From: Cyanobacteriota bacterium
Lineage (GTDB): Bacteria; Cyanobacteriota; Cyanobacteriia; Cyanobacteriales; Nostocaceae
DNA: 15,493 nucleotides
Assembly: GCA_046045965.1 (NCBI GenBank)
Contig: JBJOKS010000053.1
Location: forward strand, 1-15,493
Direction: 5' to 3'
Shown here: in pieces, positions 7,048 to 15,493 of the stretch
Layout: each line of letters begins with the position of its first letter
How positions within the stretch are numbered: position 1 is the first letter of the stretch
The notes under the pieces: generated by a model
Seen by the model: only the letters and a program-made list of their open reading frames with translations
What the model was told of the DNA's origin: nothing
The model's database searches: none
Translations under genes and position numbers: made by a program

Positions 7048-7452
7048 ATGCTCTACCTAATTGATACTAATGTTTGTGTAATGTACTTGAATGGACGCTC
7101 TGCATCTATTAGCGATCGCATTTTATCAGTACCAACTCAAGATATAGCTGTATGTTCTGTAGTCAAAGCAGAACTTTTTTATGGTGCAATGAAAAGTAAT
7201 AATCCTACACGCACACTGCAAAGACAAAAATCATTTCTTGATCATTATCAATCCTTACCTTTTGATGATCAAGCTGCTGCAATTTTCGGTAATATTCGCG
7301 CTCAACTTACTGCTCAAGGAACACCCTTATGAGCTTATGATTTACAAATTGCGGCTATTGCTTTAGCTCACAATTTAATATTAGTGACACACAATACCAG
7401 AGAATTTTCACGTATTCCAGAATTACAATTAGAAGACTGGGAAATTGAATAA
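7048..7452 (+). pseudogene. vapC: VapC PIN-domain toxin interrupted by an in-frame TGA at 7330-7332
   Basis: YLIDTNVC...SVVKAELFYGA...LPFDDQAA...[43 protein letters not shown]. The frame continues past the stop with the conserved VapC C-terminus to TAA at 7450-7452. Confidence 0.9.
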
Positions 7453-7507
7453 ATTTAAAATATTAAAAATGTGTTGATTGTTAAAAAATATCACCCCAGA
7501 TACTTCC

Positions 7508-7550
7508 TTCTTCCTTTGCGCCTTTGCTCCTTTCTATCTTTGCGCGAAAC
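7508..7550 (+). repeat. Degenerate 8-mer tandem repeat ending GCGCGAAAC, copy 2
   Basis: ttcttcctttgcgcctttgctcctttctatctttgcgcgaaac; shares TTCTTCCTTTGCGCCTTTGCTCCT and GCGCGAAAC with the copy at about 1324-1366. Confidence 0.7.
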
Positions 7551-7590
7551 AAAAGCTAGATGTAGTTCATTTAATAAAAAATAGTTGTCA

Positions 7591-7626
7591 GAGGTCATTG
7601 GTAATTAAAAAACCACCAATTACCTC
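7591..7626 (-). terminator. Stem-loop downstream of ilvC, probable terminator or 3' stabiliser
   Basis: GAGGTCATTGGT (7591-7602) and ACCAATTACCTC (7615-7626) pair 11/12, 15 nt after the ilvC stop; a T-run follows about 10 nt later on the minus strand. Confidence 0.55.
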
Positions 7627-7641
7627 TTTAACTACCAAGAA

Positions 7642-8652
<1,011 letters not shown>

Positions 8653-8699
8653 TCACAAAGGTTGTTATAAAATTGGCAGATTTATGATTGTACCGCAAA

Positions 8700-8820
8700 T
8701 TGGGGACTGGGTATTGGGGATTAGGGATTGGGTATTGGGTATTGGGGATAAATTTTTTCTCTTAACCTCCTACCTTATTACTGTCACCTGTCCCCAGTCC
8801 CTAGTCCCCAGTCCCCTGTC
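8700..8820. repeat. Two inverted tracts of STRR1-type heptamers (CCCCART-like)
   Basis: tggggac-tgggtat-tggggat-tagggat-tgggtat-tgggtat-tggggat (8701-8749) and tccccag-tccctag-tccccag-tcccctg (8791-8818) between divergent ilvC and ndh. Confidence 0.9.
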
Positions 8821-8939
8821 TTATTCGCTACTTTAATTTTTTTTTAAGAAGTTCAAGATAAACAGAAAAAAATGTGACAATTTTGATACAAAAGTGTTAA
8901 GAATAGTTACAGCACCTGTAATACAAGGAAACATTTCTT

Positions 8940-10298
8940 ATGGTTGATTTACATGACAATAACCCACCACATCAGGTAGTTATCATTGGTGGTGGCTTTG
9001 GTGGACTATATGCAGCAAAAGCTTTATCCAAGGCTAATGTCAATGTGACGTTAATAGATAAACGCAATTTCCATCTATTTCAACCACTTCTGTACCAAGT
9101 AGCTACAGGTGCTTTGTCTCCAGCGGATATTTCTTCACCATTGCGTTCTGTCCTCAGCAAGAGCAAAAATACATCAGTATTGTTGGGTGAAGTGAATGAT
9201 ATTGACCCCACAGAACAAAAGGTCATGGTGGGTGATGAAGCTGTACCCTATGATACATTAATTGTGGCTACAGGTGCGAAGCATTCATACTTTGGTAAGG
9301 ATAACTGGGAAGAGTTTGCACCTGGTTTGAAGACTGTGGAAGACGCTATTGAAATGCGGCGGCGGATTTTCATGGCTTTTGAAGCAGCAGAAAAGGAAAC
9401 TGATCCGGTAAAACGTCAGGCGTTGTTAACTTTTGTCATTGTCGGTGGTGGTCCAACTGGGGTAGAATTAGCGGGTGCGATCGCCGAATTAGCAACCAAA
9501 ACCCTCAAAGAAGACTTCCGCAAAATTGACACCTCAGAAACCAGAGTTTTACTGTTAGAAGGTTTAGATCGAGTTCTTCCTCCCTTCGCACCGGAATTAT
9601 CCCAAACAGCGGAAGCATCATTAAAGGCTTTGGGTGTTGATGTGCAAACCAAAACCTTAGTAACACATATTGAAAATGATATTGTTACGATCAAACAAGG
9701 TGATGATGTCAAAGAAATTGCTGCTAAAACTGTATTATGGGCAGCGGGTGTGAAAGCTTCAGCAATGGGAAAAATTTTGACAGAAAAGACTGGAGTTGAG
9801 AGCGATCGCGCAGGTCGTGTTATCGTTGAACCAGACCTAAGTATTAAAGGACATCCCAACATATTTGTAGTTGGTGACTTAGCAAATTTTGCCCATCAAA
9901 ATGATAAACCCTTACCTGGTGTTGCACCAGTAGCAATGCAAGAAGGGGAATATGTAGCCAAACTAATTCAAAAGCGCCTCAAAGGTGAAACATTACCACA
10001 ATTTAATTATGTGGATAGAGGTAGTTTAGCAATGATTGGGCAACACGCCGCAGTTGTTGACTTAGGGTTTATCAAACTGAGAGGTTTCTTTGCTTGGTTC
10101 TTCTGGTTATTTGTGCATATTTACTTCCTGATTGAATTTGATAACAAATTAGTTGTCATGATTCAATGGTTGTGGAGTTATTTTACCCGCAATCGTGGCG
10201 CGAGATTAATTACAGGAAAAGAAATTGTGAAACCTGTACCAGTGGAAAGTAATGGACATTATCAGCCGGTGAAAACTAGACAACCGCTAAATGTATAG
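8940..10298 (+). CDS. ndh: Type II NADH:quinone oxidoreductase (NDH-2)
   Basis: Two Rossmann motifs (VVIIGGGFGG, FVIVGGGPTGVELAG), FQPLLYQVATG, LWAAGV, IFVVGD, LPGVAPVAMQEG and a C-terminal membrane-anchoring helix. Confidence 0.95.
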   Translation: MVDLHDNNPPHQVVIIGGGFGGLYAAKALSKANVNVTLIDKRNFHLFQPLLYQVATGALSPADISSPLRSVLSKSKNTSVLLGEVNDIDPTEQKVMVGDEAVPYDTLIVATGAKHSYFGKDNWEEFAPGLKTVEDAIEMRRRIFMAFEAAEKETDPVKRQALLTFVIVGGGPTGVELAGAIAELATKTLKEDFRKIDTSETRVLLLEGLDRVLPPFAPELSQTAEASLKALGVDVQTKTLVTHIENDIVTIKQGDDVKEIAAKTVLWAAGVKASAMGKILTEKTGVESDRAGRVIVEPDLSIKGHPNIFVVGDLANFAHQNDKPLPGVAPVAMQEGEYVAKLIQKRLKGETLPQFNYVDRGSLAMIGQHAAVVDLGFIKLRGFFAWFFWLFVHIYFLIEFDNKLVVMIQWLWSYFTRNRGARLITGKEIVKPVPVESNGHYQPVKTRQPLNV

Positions 10299-10301
10299 TT
10301 C

Positions 10302-10350
10302 ACTCGTTCCCAGTCTCCGACTGGGAATGCTATTTTAGAGGCTCTGCCTC
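10302..10350 (+). repeat. Left bipartite REP (two hairpins)
   Basis: ACTCG-TTCCCAGTC-tcc-GACTGGGAA-tgctatttta-GAGGC-tct-GCCTC; inverted copy at 11054-11101. Confidence 0.92.
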
Positions 10351-10509
10351 CCAAAATACCATAATAGAAGCTCTGCCTCCTAAATTGATACCCTAAAATC
10401 AAAAACTTAATGTATCCCAAATTTACTAATGATCGTTAATTCTACGATGTATAACTTCTGCCTCCCATATTAAAATCAAATCACCACATCTACCAAATTA
10501 AATGAAACA

Positions 10510-11043
10510 ATGGGACGCAGCCGCTATCATGTATTAGGTAATCAACCACACTTTATAACCAGCACAATAGTTAATTGGATGCCATTATTTGGACAAACTG
10601 AACTTGTGCAAATTATCATAGATTCCCTCAACTTTCTGCAACGACAGCACCGTTTGACATTGTATGGTTACGTCATCATGGAAAATCATCTTCATCTTAT
10701 CGCTGCGGCTGCAAACTTATCCAAGGAAATAGGAAATTTTAAATCATTTACTGCTCGTTCTATTATTGATTTACTGCATAAAAATAAGGCTGAATATATA
10801 CTTGGTCAATTGGAATTTTATAAGTTAAGACATAAGATAAAACAAGAGTATCAATTGTGGCAAGAAGGTTTTCATCCCCAGGCAATTTTCAATGAGGAAA
10901 TTTTTAGACAGAAGTTAGAGTATATGCACAATAATCCTGTGAGACGTGGTTATGTTGATGATCCGGCTCATTGGCGTTATTCTAGTTATCGTAATTATAT
11001 GGGTTTACCGAGTTTATTAGAAGTGGAGTTGATTGATTTTTGA
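10510..11043 (+). CDS. rayT: REP-associated tyrosine transposase (RAYT/TnpA-REP, Y1 HUH family)
   Basis: HFITST, YVIMENHLHLI (HUH), FKSFTA, LWQEGFH, YMHNNPV (catalytic Tyr) and HWRYSS; 177 aa, intact; no tnpB next to it. Confidence 0.93.
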   Translation: MGRSRYHVLGNQPHFITSTIVNWMPLFGQTELVQIIIDSLNFLQRQHRLTLYGYVIMENHLHLIAAAANLSKEIGNFKSFTARSIIDLLHKNKAEYILGQLEFYKLRHKIKQEYQLWQEGFHPQAIFNEEIFRQKLEYMHNNPVRRGYVDDPAHWRYSSYRNYMGLPSLLEVELIDF

Positions 11044-11053
11044 GATATTGAGT

Positions 11054-11101
11054 GAGGCAGAGCCTCATCATAGCATTCCCAGTCAGAGACTGGGAACGAG
11101 T
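11054..11101 (-). repeat. Right bipartite REP (two hairpins)
   Basis: GAGGC-aga-GCCTC-atcatagca-TTCCCAGTC-aga-GACTGGGAA-CGAGT, the reverse complement of the left REP. Confidence 0.92.
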
Positions 11102-11117
11102 AATGGGATTACCGAGT

Positions 11118-11267
11118 TTAAGAATAAGAAGATATCCAATGTTTTGGTCTTTCTATACCTTTAGGCAATCTGGTTTTATCATCACCTTTTGCTGATTCTA
11201 TTTGCTGAGATGTAAGCCCTTTTGTTCTATCGAGAATAGCTCCACTTAGGTCAGCCCCAAAGAGAAC
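11118..11267 (-). pseudogene. 3' remnant of a pentapeptide-repeat protein gene
   Basis: Hand translation VLFGADLSGAILDRTKGLTSQQIESAKGDDKTRLPKGIERPKHWISSYS*: ADLSG/AILDR pentapeptides plus the typical C-terminal cap. In-frame TAG directly upstream (11268-11270) and no start codon. Confidence 0.75.
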
Positions 11268-11465
11268 CTACGAAAACTCTTATCCAAACAGTATTGAATC
11301 TGCGTCTATCTGCGTTCCCAACCCAAGCTGTTAAAAACCCTATATATATTGCGCCCACAGATTCCCACTTATAACCTAACTCTACCAAATTATCAGAAAA
11401 TTGTCAAGTAGAAAAAAGAGCGATCGCCTTTTAATTTGAACTTTTAATTTGAAATTCATGAACAA

Positions 11466-12629
11466 CTAAATTTTCAGAAACCACCGCCGACGATACATAA
11501 AATAAAGCACTAACCACCATAATAAAAGATTAGCTATAGCAAACAATAAAGAACCATTCATATTTCCCGCCCAAGCACTAAACAAGTTATCATAAATCCA
11601 GGTTTTTGTAGAGATAGCATCTTTACCACTACTTACAGAAGTTTTAACTAAAATTCTCCCCACAACCCCAGAAGCAACAAAGAGAAAAATGGCATTTAAA
11701 CCCATCACTTCCCAGGGAAAACCCCATTTTTTAAAACCCCGAACTTCTACCACTTCATAACACAAAGCTAATACTAATAAAGCCCAACCAGCAGTATAAA
11801 CTACATAAGAACTTGTCCACAAAGATTTATTAATCGGAAAGACAAAACCCCAAATTATACCAATAATTAAACACACCAAACCCCAAATAATTAAATTAAC
11901 ACTCGTCCTAGTTTTAACCTGCTGTTTTTGCAACCATGAACCAGTAAAATAACCAATTAAAACCGTTACCACTGCGGGAATAGTGCTAAATAAACCTTCA
12001 GGATCAAAAGGTCCACCTTGATAAAGATGCTGACTTCCTAAGATCATCCGATCAATATAACCAGCAAAATTTCCTTCAGGAGATAAATTACCTGCACCAA
12101 AACCAGGAACAGGAATTAATTGCATTGCACCCCAATAACCTAAAAGCGATATTCCTGAAAATATCCATAAACCACGTTGGGAAATTTGCAAAACCACAAA
12201 AGCAGCAATTACATAAGCTAAACTGATCCGCTGTAACACTCCCATGATTCTGATTTTACTTAAATCAATGGGTATTTCTTTTAAAGTAAAATCGAGAAAA
12301 ATAGTCAATAAAGTTAGAAATAAACCTAATGCAAATAACACCAAACCTCTACGAATTATCCGCAAATAAACCTGTTGAGTTGGACGCTTTTCTGGTGTAT
12401 ATTTAGCAAAAGAAAAAGGCATTGCTACACCAACAATAAATAAAAAGAAAGGGAAAACTAAATCTGTGGGTGTGCAACCATGCCATTTTGCGTGTTCTAA
12501 AGGTGGATAAATGTAGCTCCAACTACCGGGATTATTAACTAATATCATAGAGGCGATCGCAATTCCCCGAAATACATCGAGAGAAACAAGACGCTGGAAC
12601 GGAAACGAATCTTGAATTACTGTTGACAC
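11466..12629 (-). CDS. Heparan-alpha-glucosaminide N-acetyltransferase-like (DUF5009/NagX-like) membrane acyltransferase
   Basis: RLVSLDVFRG, MILVNNPG, HAKWHGCTPTDLVFPFFLFIVG, GVLQRI, DPEGLFST, PINKSLWTSSY and GLNAI; GTG start. Confidence 0.88.
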   Translation of the reverse strand: MSTVIQDSFPFQRLVSLDVFRGIAIASMILVNNPGSWSYIYPPLEHAKWHGCTPTDLVFPFFLFIVGVAMPFSFAKYTPEKRPTQQVYLRIIRRGLVLFALGLFLTLLTIFLDFTLKEIPIDLSKIRIMGVLQRISLAYVIAAFVVLQISQRGLWIFSGISLLGYWGAMQLIPVPGFGAGNLSPEGNFAGYIDRMILGSQHLYQGGPFDPEGLFSTIPAVVTVLIGYFTGSWLQKQQVKTRTSVNLIIWGLVCLIIGIIWGFVFPINKSLWTSSYVVYTAGWALLVLALCYEVVEVRGFKKWGFPWEVMGLNAIFLFVASGVVGRILVKTSVSSGKDAISTKTWIYDNLFSAWAGNMNGSLLFAIANLLLWWLVLYFMYRRRWFLKI

Positions 12630-12742
12630 AAAAAAATTCCCATCACCATCACTTAGATATTAGAGGATATTTTAAAAGTGGTATACCGTGATTTTTGTTA
12701 AATTAACCAGTACATTATTAAGGAGGATCAGAAAATAAACCA

Positions 12743-14029
12743 ATGAATGCCATAGCCTCTACCATAGCATCTATTATCAACACAGAAAACGCTGTCTTAC
12801 CTTGGGAAAAACTCGAACCCAGTCAGCAACAACGCATCCAACCAGCGATGGACACCAAAAGCCATCCCAGTTGTATCGTCTATCCCCACACTCAGGAACA
12901 ACTGGCCGCAGTCATGGCCACCGCTAACCGCAATAAATGGCGTGTTCTTCCCTGCGGTAGTGCAAGTAAACTCAACTGGGGTGGTTTAGGTAAAAATATT
13001 GATATTATTATCAGTACAGACCGTATTAACCAACTCATAGAACACGCAGTAGGTGATCTAACTGTCACCGTCGAAGCAGGGATTAAATTTGGTGAAATTC
13101 AGGAAATTTTAGCCAAATCTCGGCAAACCTTAGCCCTTGATCCGAGTTTTCCCCATTCTGCTACCATTGGCGGTATTGTAGCTACTGCTGATACAGGTTC
13201 TCTACGTCAACGTTATGGCGGTGTGCGTGACCAACTTCTAGGTATAACTTTTATCCGTGCTGATGGACAAATAGCCAAAGCTGGGGGAAGGGTAGTAAAA
13301 AATGTGGCTGGTTACGACTTGATGAAATTGTTCACCGGTGCTTACGGTACATTAGGAATTATCAGTCAAGTTACTTTTCGCGTTTATCCCTTACCAGAAA
13401 CATCTGCAACGGTGATATTAACTGGTAAAGCTGAAGCAATATCTCAAGCTGCTACAATTCTTCAAAGTTCTGAATTAACACCAACTCAAGCAGATTTAAT
13501 ATCAAGTCAATTAGTTTCTGATTTAGGTTTAGGTAACGGAATTGGTTTAATTGTCCGGTTTCAAAGTATTAGCGAAAGTGTGAAGGAACAGTCAAACCGA
13601 ATTTTGGCAATTGGTCAACAATTGGGTTTAAATGGGGTAATTTCTTTAGCAGAGAATGAAGCTAGTCTATGGCAACGATTACCAGAAACAATACATGATG
13701 CTGTTAATAATTCGCAAATAACTTGCAAAATAGGAGTATTACCAACTGCTGCGGTGGAGGTGATTAATCAAATAAAATTCGGGTTGATTCATCTCAATAG
13801 CGGTTTGGGTTTGGTGCGGTTAGAAAATAAAGACCAGGTTTTGAAATTGCGTGATTTTTGTCAATCCAATTCTGGTTTTTTAAGTGTTTTATCTGCACCT
13901 GTTGAGATAAAGGAAAATTTGGATGTTTGGGGTTATAATGGTAATGCTTTACATATTATGCGGGGAATTAAGGAACAGTTTGATGGTAGTTATATTTTAA
14001 GTCCTGGTCGGTTTGTGGGTGGGATTTAA
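12743..14029 (+). CDS. glcE: Glycolate oxidase FAD-binding subunit GlcE-like
   Basis: FAD-binding PCMH motifs DLTVTVEAG, ATIGG, GGRVVKNVAGYDLMKLFTGAYGTLGII and C-terminal IKEQFD...LSPGR; AGGAGG RBS-like sequence upstream; followed by glcF. Confidence 0.9.
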   Translation: MNAIASTIASIINTENAVLPWEKLEPSQQQRIQPAMDTKSHPSCIVYPHTQEQLAAVMATANRNKWRVLPCGSASKLNWGGLGKNIDIIISTDRINQLIEHAVGDLTVTVEAGIKFGEIQEILAKSRQTLALDPSFPHSATIGGIVATADTGSLRQRYGGVRDQLLGITFIRADGQIAKAGGRVVKNVAGYDLMKLFTGAYGTLGIISQVTFRVYPLPETSATVILTGKAEAISQAATILQSSELTPTQADLISSQLVSDLGLGNGIGLIVRFQSISESVKEQSNRILAIGQQLGLNGVISLAENEASLWQRLPETIHDAVNNSQITCKIGVLPTAAVEVINQIKFGLIHLNSGLGLVRLENKDQVLKLRDFCQSNSGFLSVLSAPVEIKENLDVWGYNGNALHIMRGIKEQFDGSYILSPGRFVGGI

Positions 14030-14042
14030 GGTTTAAGAATAA

Positions 14043-14094
14043 CGTTCGCGTAGCGTGCCGCAAGGCATACCGCAGAGGCGCAGAGAACGCAGAG
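14043..14094 (+). repeat. About 27-nt small dispersed repeat-like hairpin element next to a CGCAGAG tandem repeat
   Basis: cgttcgcgtagcg-TGCC-gcaa-GGCA-tac followed by CGCAGAGg-CGCAGAGaa-CGCAGAG in the glcE-glcF spacer. Confidence 0.6.
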
Positions 14095-14114
14095 GTAATG
14101 AGGGGAATAAAATA

Positions 14115-15464
14115 ATGCAAGTTTCCGATGGTGCTGTTAATAATACTGCTAGTATTAAGAATTTAAAGGGGTTTGATGTTAGTCATCCTCCTGATCCAAA
14201 GTTGATTGATAGTTGTGTTCATTGTGGTTTTTGTCTTTCTACTTGTCCGAGCTATCGGGTGATAGGAAAAGAGATGGATTCACCCAGGGGTAGAATCTAT
14301 TTAATGGATGCTATTAATGAGGGGGAAATTGCTTTAAATACTGCTACTGTTGAACATTTTGATTCTTGTTTGGGTTGTCTTGCTTGTGTGTCAACTTGTC
14401 CTTCTGGTGTGCAGTATGATAAGTTGATTTCGGCAACTCGTCATCAGGTGGCAAGAAATTATAACCGCAGTTTTTCAGATAAGTTAATCCGTCAATTGAT
14501 TTTTTCTCTGTTTCCTAATCCTGATGTTTTAAGAATTTTACTTTTGCCTTTATTCGTTTATCAAAAGTTGGGTGTTTCTAAGTTATTCCGCGCTACTGGG
14601 TTTATCAAAGCTATATCACCCAGGTTAGCAGCTATGGAGTCTATTCTCCCAGAAATTACTGTTAAAACTTTTCAAGATAATTTACCAGATATCATTCCAG
14701 CAAAGGGTGAAAAAAGATATCGTGTTGGTGTAATTTTGGGATGTGTGCAACGTCTGTTTTTCTCTCCTGTGAATGAAGCGACGGTGCGGGTTTTAACTGC
14801 TAATGGTTGTGAAGTGGTAATTCCTAAATCTCAAGGTTGTTGTGCTGCACTTCCTGAACACCAAGGACAAACGGAACAAGCAAAAGCTTTAGCAAGACAA
14901 ATGATTGATAGTTTTGCTAATACAAATGTGGATTTTGTGATTATTAATGCTGCTGGTTGTGGTCATACTTTAAAAGAATATGGTCATATTTTAGCTGATG
15001 ATCCAGAATATGCAGAACCAGCTAAAGCATTTGCAGCAAAGGTAAAAGATGCACAGGAGTTTTTAATTAATGTGGGTTTAACTGCTGAACTTTCACCATT
15101 AGCTGATAAAAATCTTACTTTAGTTTATCAAGATGCTTGTCATTTATTGCATGGTCAAAAAATCAGTGTTCAACCCCGTCAGTTATTAAGAAAAATTCCC
15201 GGTGTTACCTTAAAAGAACCAATAGATGCGGCTTTGTGTTGTGGTAGTGCAGGTGTTTATAATATGCTGCAACCCGAAATTGCTGAAGAATTAGGTAAAC
15301 AAAAAGCTCAGAATTTAATCAATACTGGTGCTGAATTAATTGCTTCTCCTAACCCTGGTTGTAGTTTACAAATTAGTAAATATTTGCCAGATAAAAGTAT
15401 TTCAGTGATGCACCCAATGGAGTTGTTAGATTATTCAATTCGTGGAGAAAAATTGAAGATGTAA
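14115..15464 (+). CDS. glcF: Glycolate oxidase iron-sulfur subunit GlcF
   Basis: Two 4Fe-4S motifs (CVHCGFCLSTCP, CLGCLACVSTCP) and two CCG domains (QGCCAA, YQDACHL, CCGSAGVYN, NPGC). Start moved from GTG 14055, which lies inside the repeat, to ATG 14115 with GAGGGG upstream. Confidence 0.93.
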   Translation: MQVSDGAVNNTASIKNLKGFDVSHPPDPKLIDSCVHCGFCLSTCPSYRVIGKEMDSPRGRIYLMDAINEGEIALNTATVEHFDSCLGCLACVSTCPSGVQYDKLISATRHQVARNYNRSFSDKLIRQLIFSLFPNPDVLRILLLPLFVYQKLGVSKLFRATGFIKAISPRLAAMESILPEITVKTFQDNLPDIIPAKGEKRYRVGVILGCVQRLFFSPVNEATVRVLTANGCEVVIPKSQGCCAALPEHQGQTEQAKALARQMIDSFANTNVDFVIINAAGCGHTLKEYGHILADDPEYAEPAKAFAAKVKDAQEFLINVGLTAELSPLADKNLTLVYQDACHLLHGQKISVQPRQLLRKIPGVTLKEPIDAALCCGSAGVYNMLQPEIAEELGKQKAQNLINTGAELIASPNPGCSLQISKYLPDKSISVMHPMELLDYSIRGEKLKM

Positions 15465-15493
15465 TATCATTTTTTTGGTGAAAAATTCTTACC

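Larger units (their letters stand above)
10302..11101 (+). mobile_element. REP-RAYT-REP unit (REPtron-like), 800 bp
   Basis: Y1 HUH transposase between long inverted repeats that match at 31/32 nt (outer part) and 13/13 nt (inner hairpin). Confidence 0.88.

Noticed and set aside
7330..7332. Selenocysteine or programmed recoding at the vapC TGA
   Set aside because: The position corresponds to Gly rather than Cys, and no obvious SECIS-like hairpin follows; a point nonsense mutation is simpler.
8874..8911. CRP- or NtcA-like boxes upstream of ndh (TGTGAcaatttTGATA; TTA-N8-TAC)
   Set aside because: Too many mismatches to be significant in AT-rich DNA.
9416..9862. 148-aa minus-strand ORF
   Set aside because: Antisense shadow of the NDH-2 gene.
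10302..10480. CRISPR-like array or IS200/IS605 element with TnpB
   Set aside because: Repeats are few, degenerate and irregularly spaced; no cas or tnpB gene; inverted REPs and protein motifs fit RAYT.
14055..14114. Arg-rich N-terminal extension of GlcF (MPQGIPQRRRERR)
   Set aside because: Translation of intergenic repeat DNA; ATG 14115 has a better RBS.
12743..15464. glcE-glcF without an adjacent glcD as an unusual system
   Set aside because: glcD is often unlinked in cyanobacteria, and the window ends right after glcF.

Overview
AT-rich chromosomal segment of a heterocystous (Nostocales-type) cyanobacterium, judged from nine HIP1 octamers (GCGATCGC) and STRR heptamer tracts. In order it holds: a window-truncated DUF3386-like gene (-, missed by the ORF track) divergent from a GAF-LuxR regulator; a seven-gene Mrp/Mnh Na+/H+ antiporter operon (-; mrpC-D-E-F-G-DUF4040-B); a divergent P-loop/winged-helix gene with degenerate Walker A and B motifs; an empty inverted REP doublet (REPIN-like); a vapBC-type pair whose toxin carries a nonsense codon; ilvC; a type II NADH dehydrogenase; an 800-bp unit of a REP-associated tyrosine transposase (RAYT) between inverted bipartite REPs; a pentapeptide-repeat gene remnant; an HGSNAT/DUF5009-like membrane acyltransferase; and glcE-glcF. 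Two things stand out. (1) A candidate regulatory system: a probable pseudo-ATPase with a wHTH domain faces the mrp operon across four GTGCTA/TAGCAC half-sites in exact 15-bp phase, which cover both divergent -10 boxes. (2) A RAYT-loaded element and an empty element with the same two-hairpin ends lie about 3.6 kb apart. Family assignments come from motif recognition; no database searches were run.
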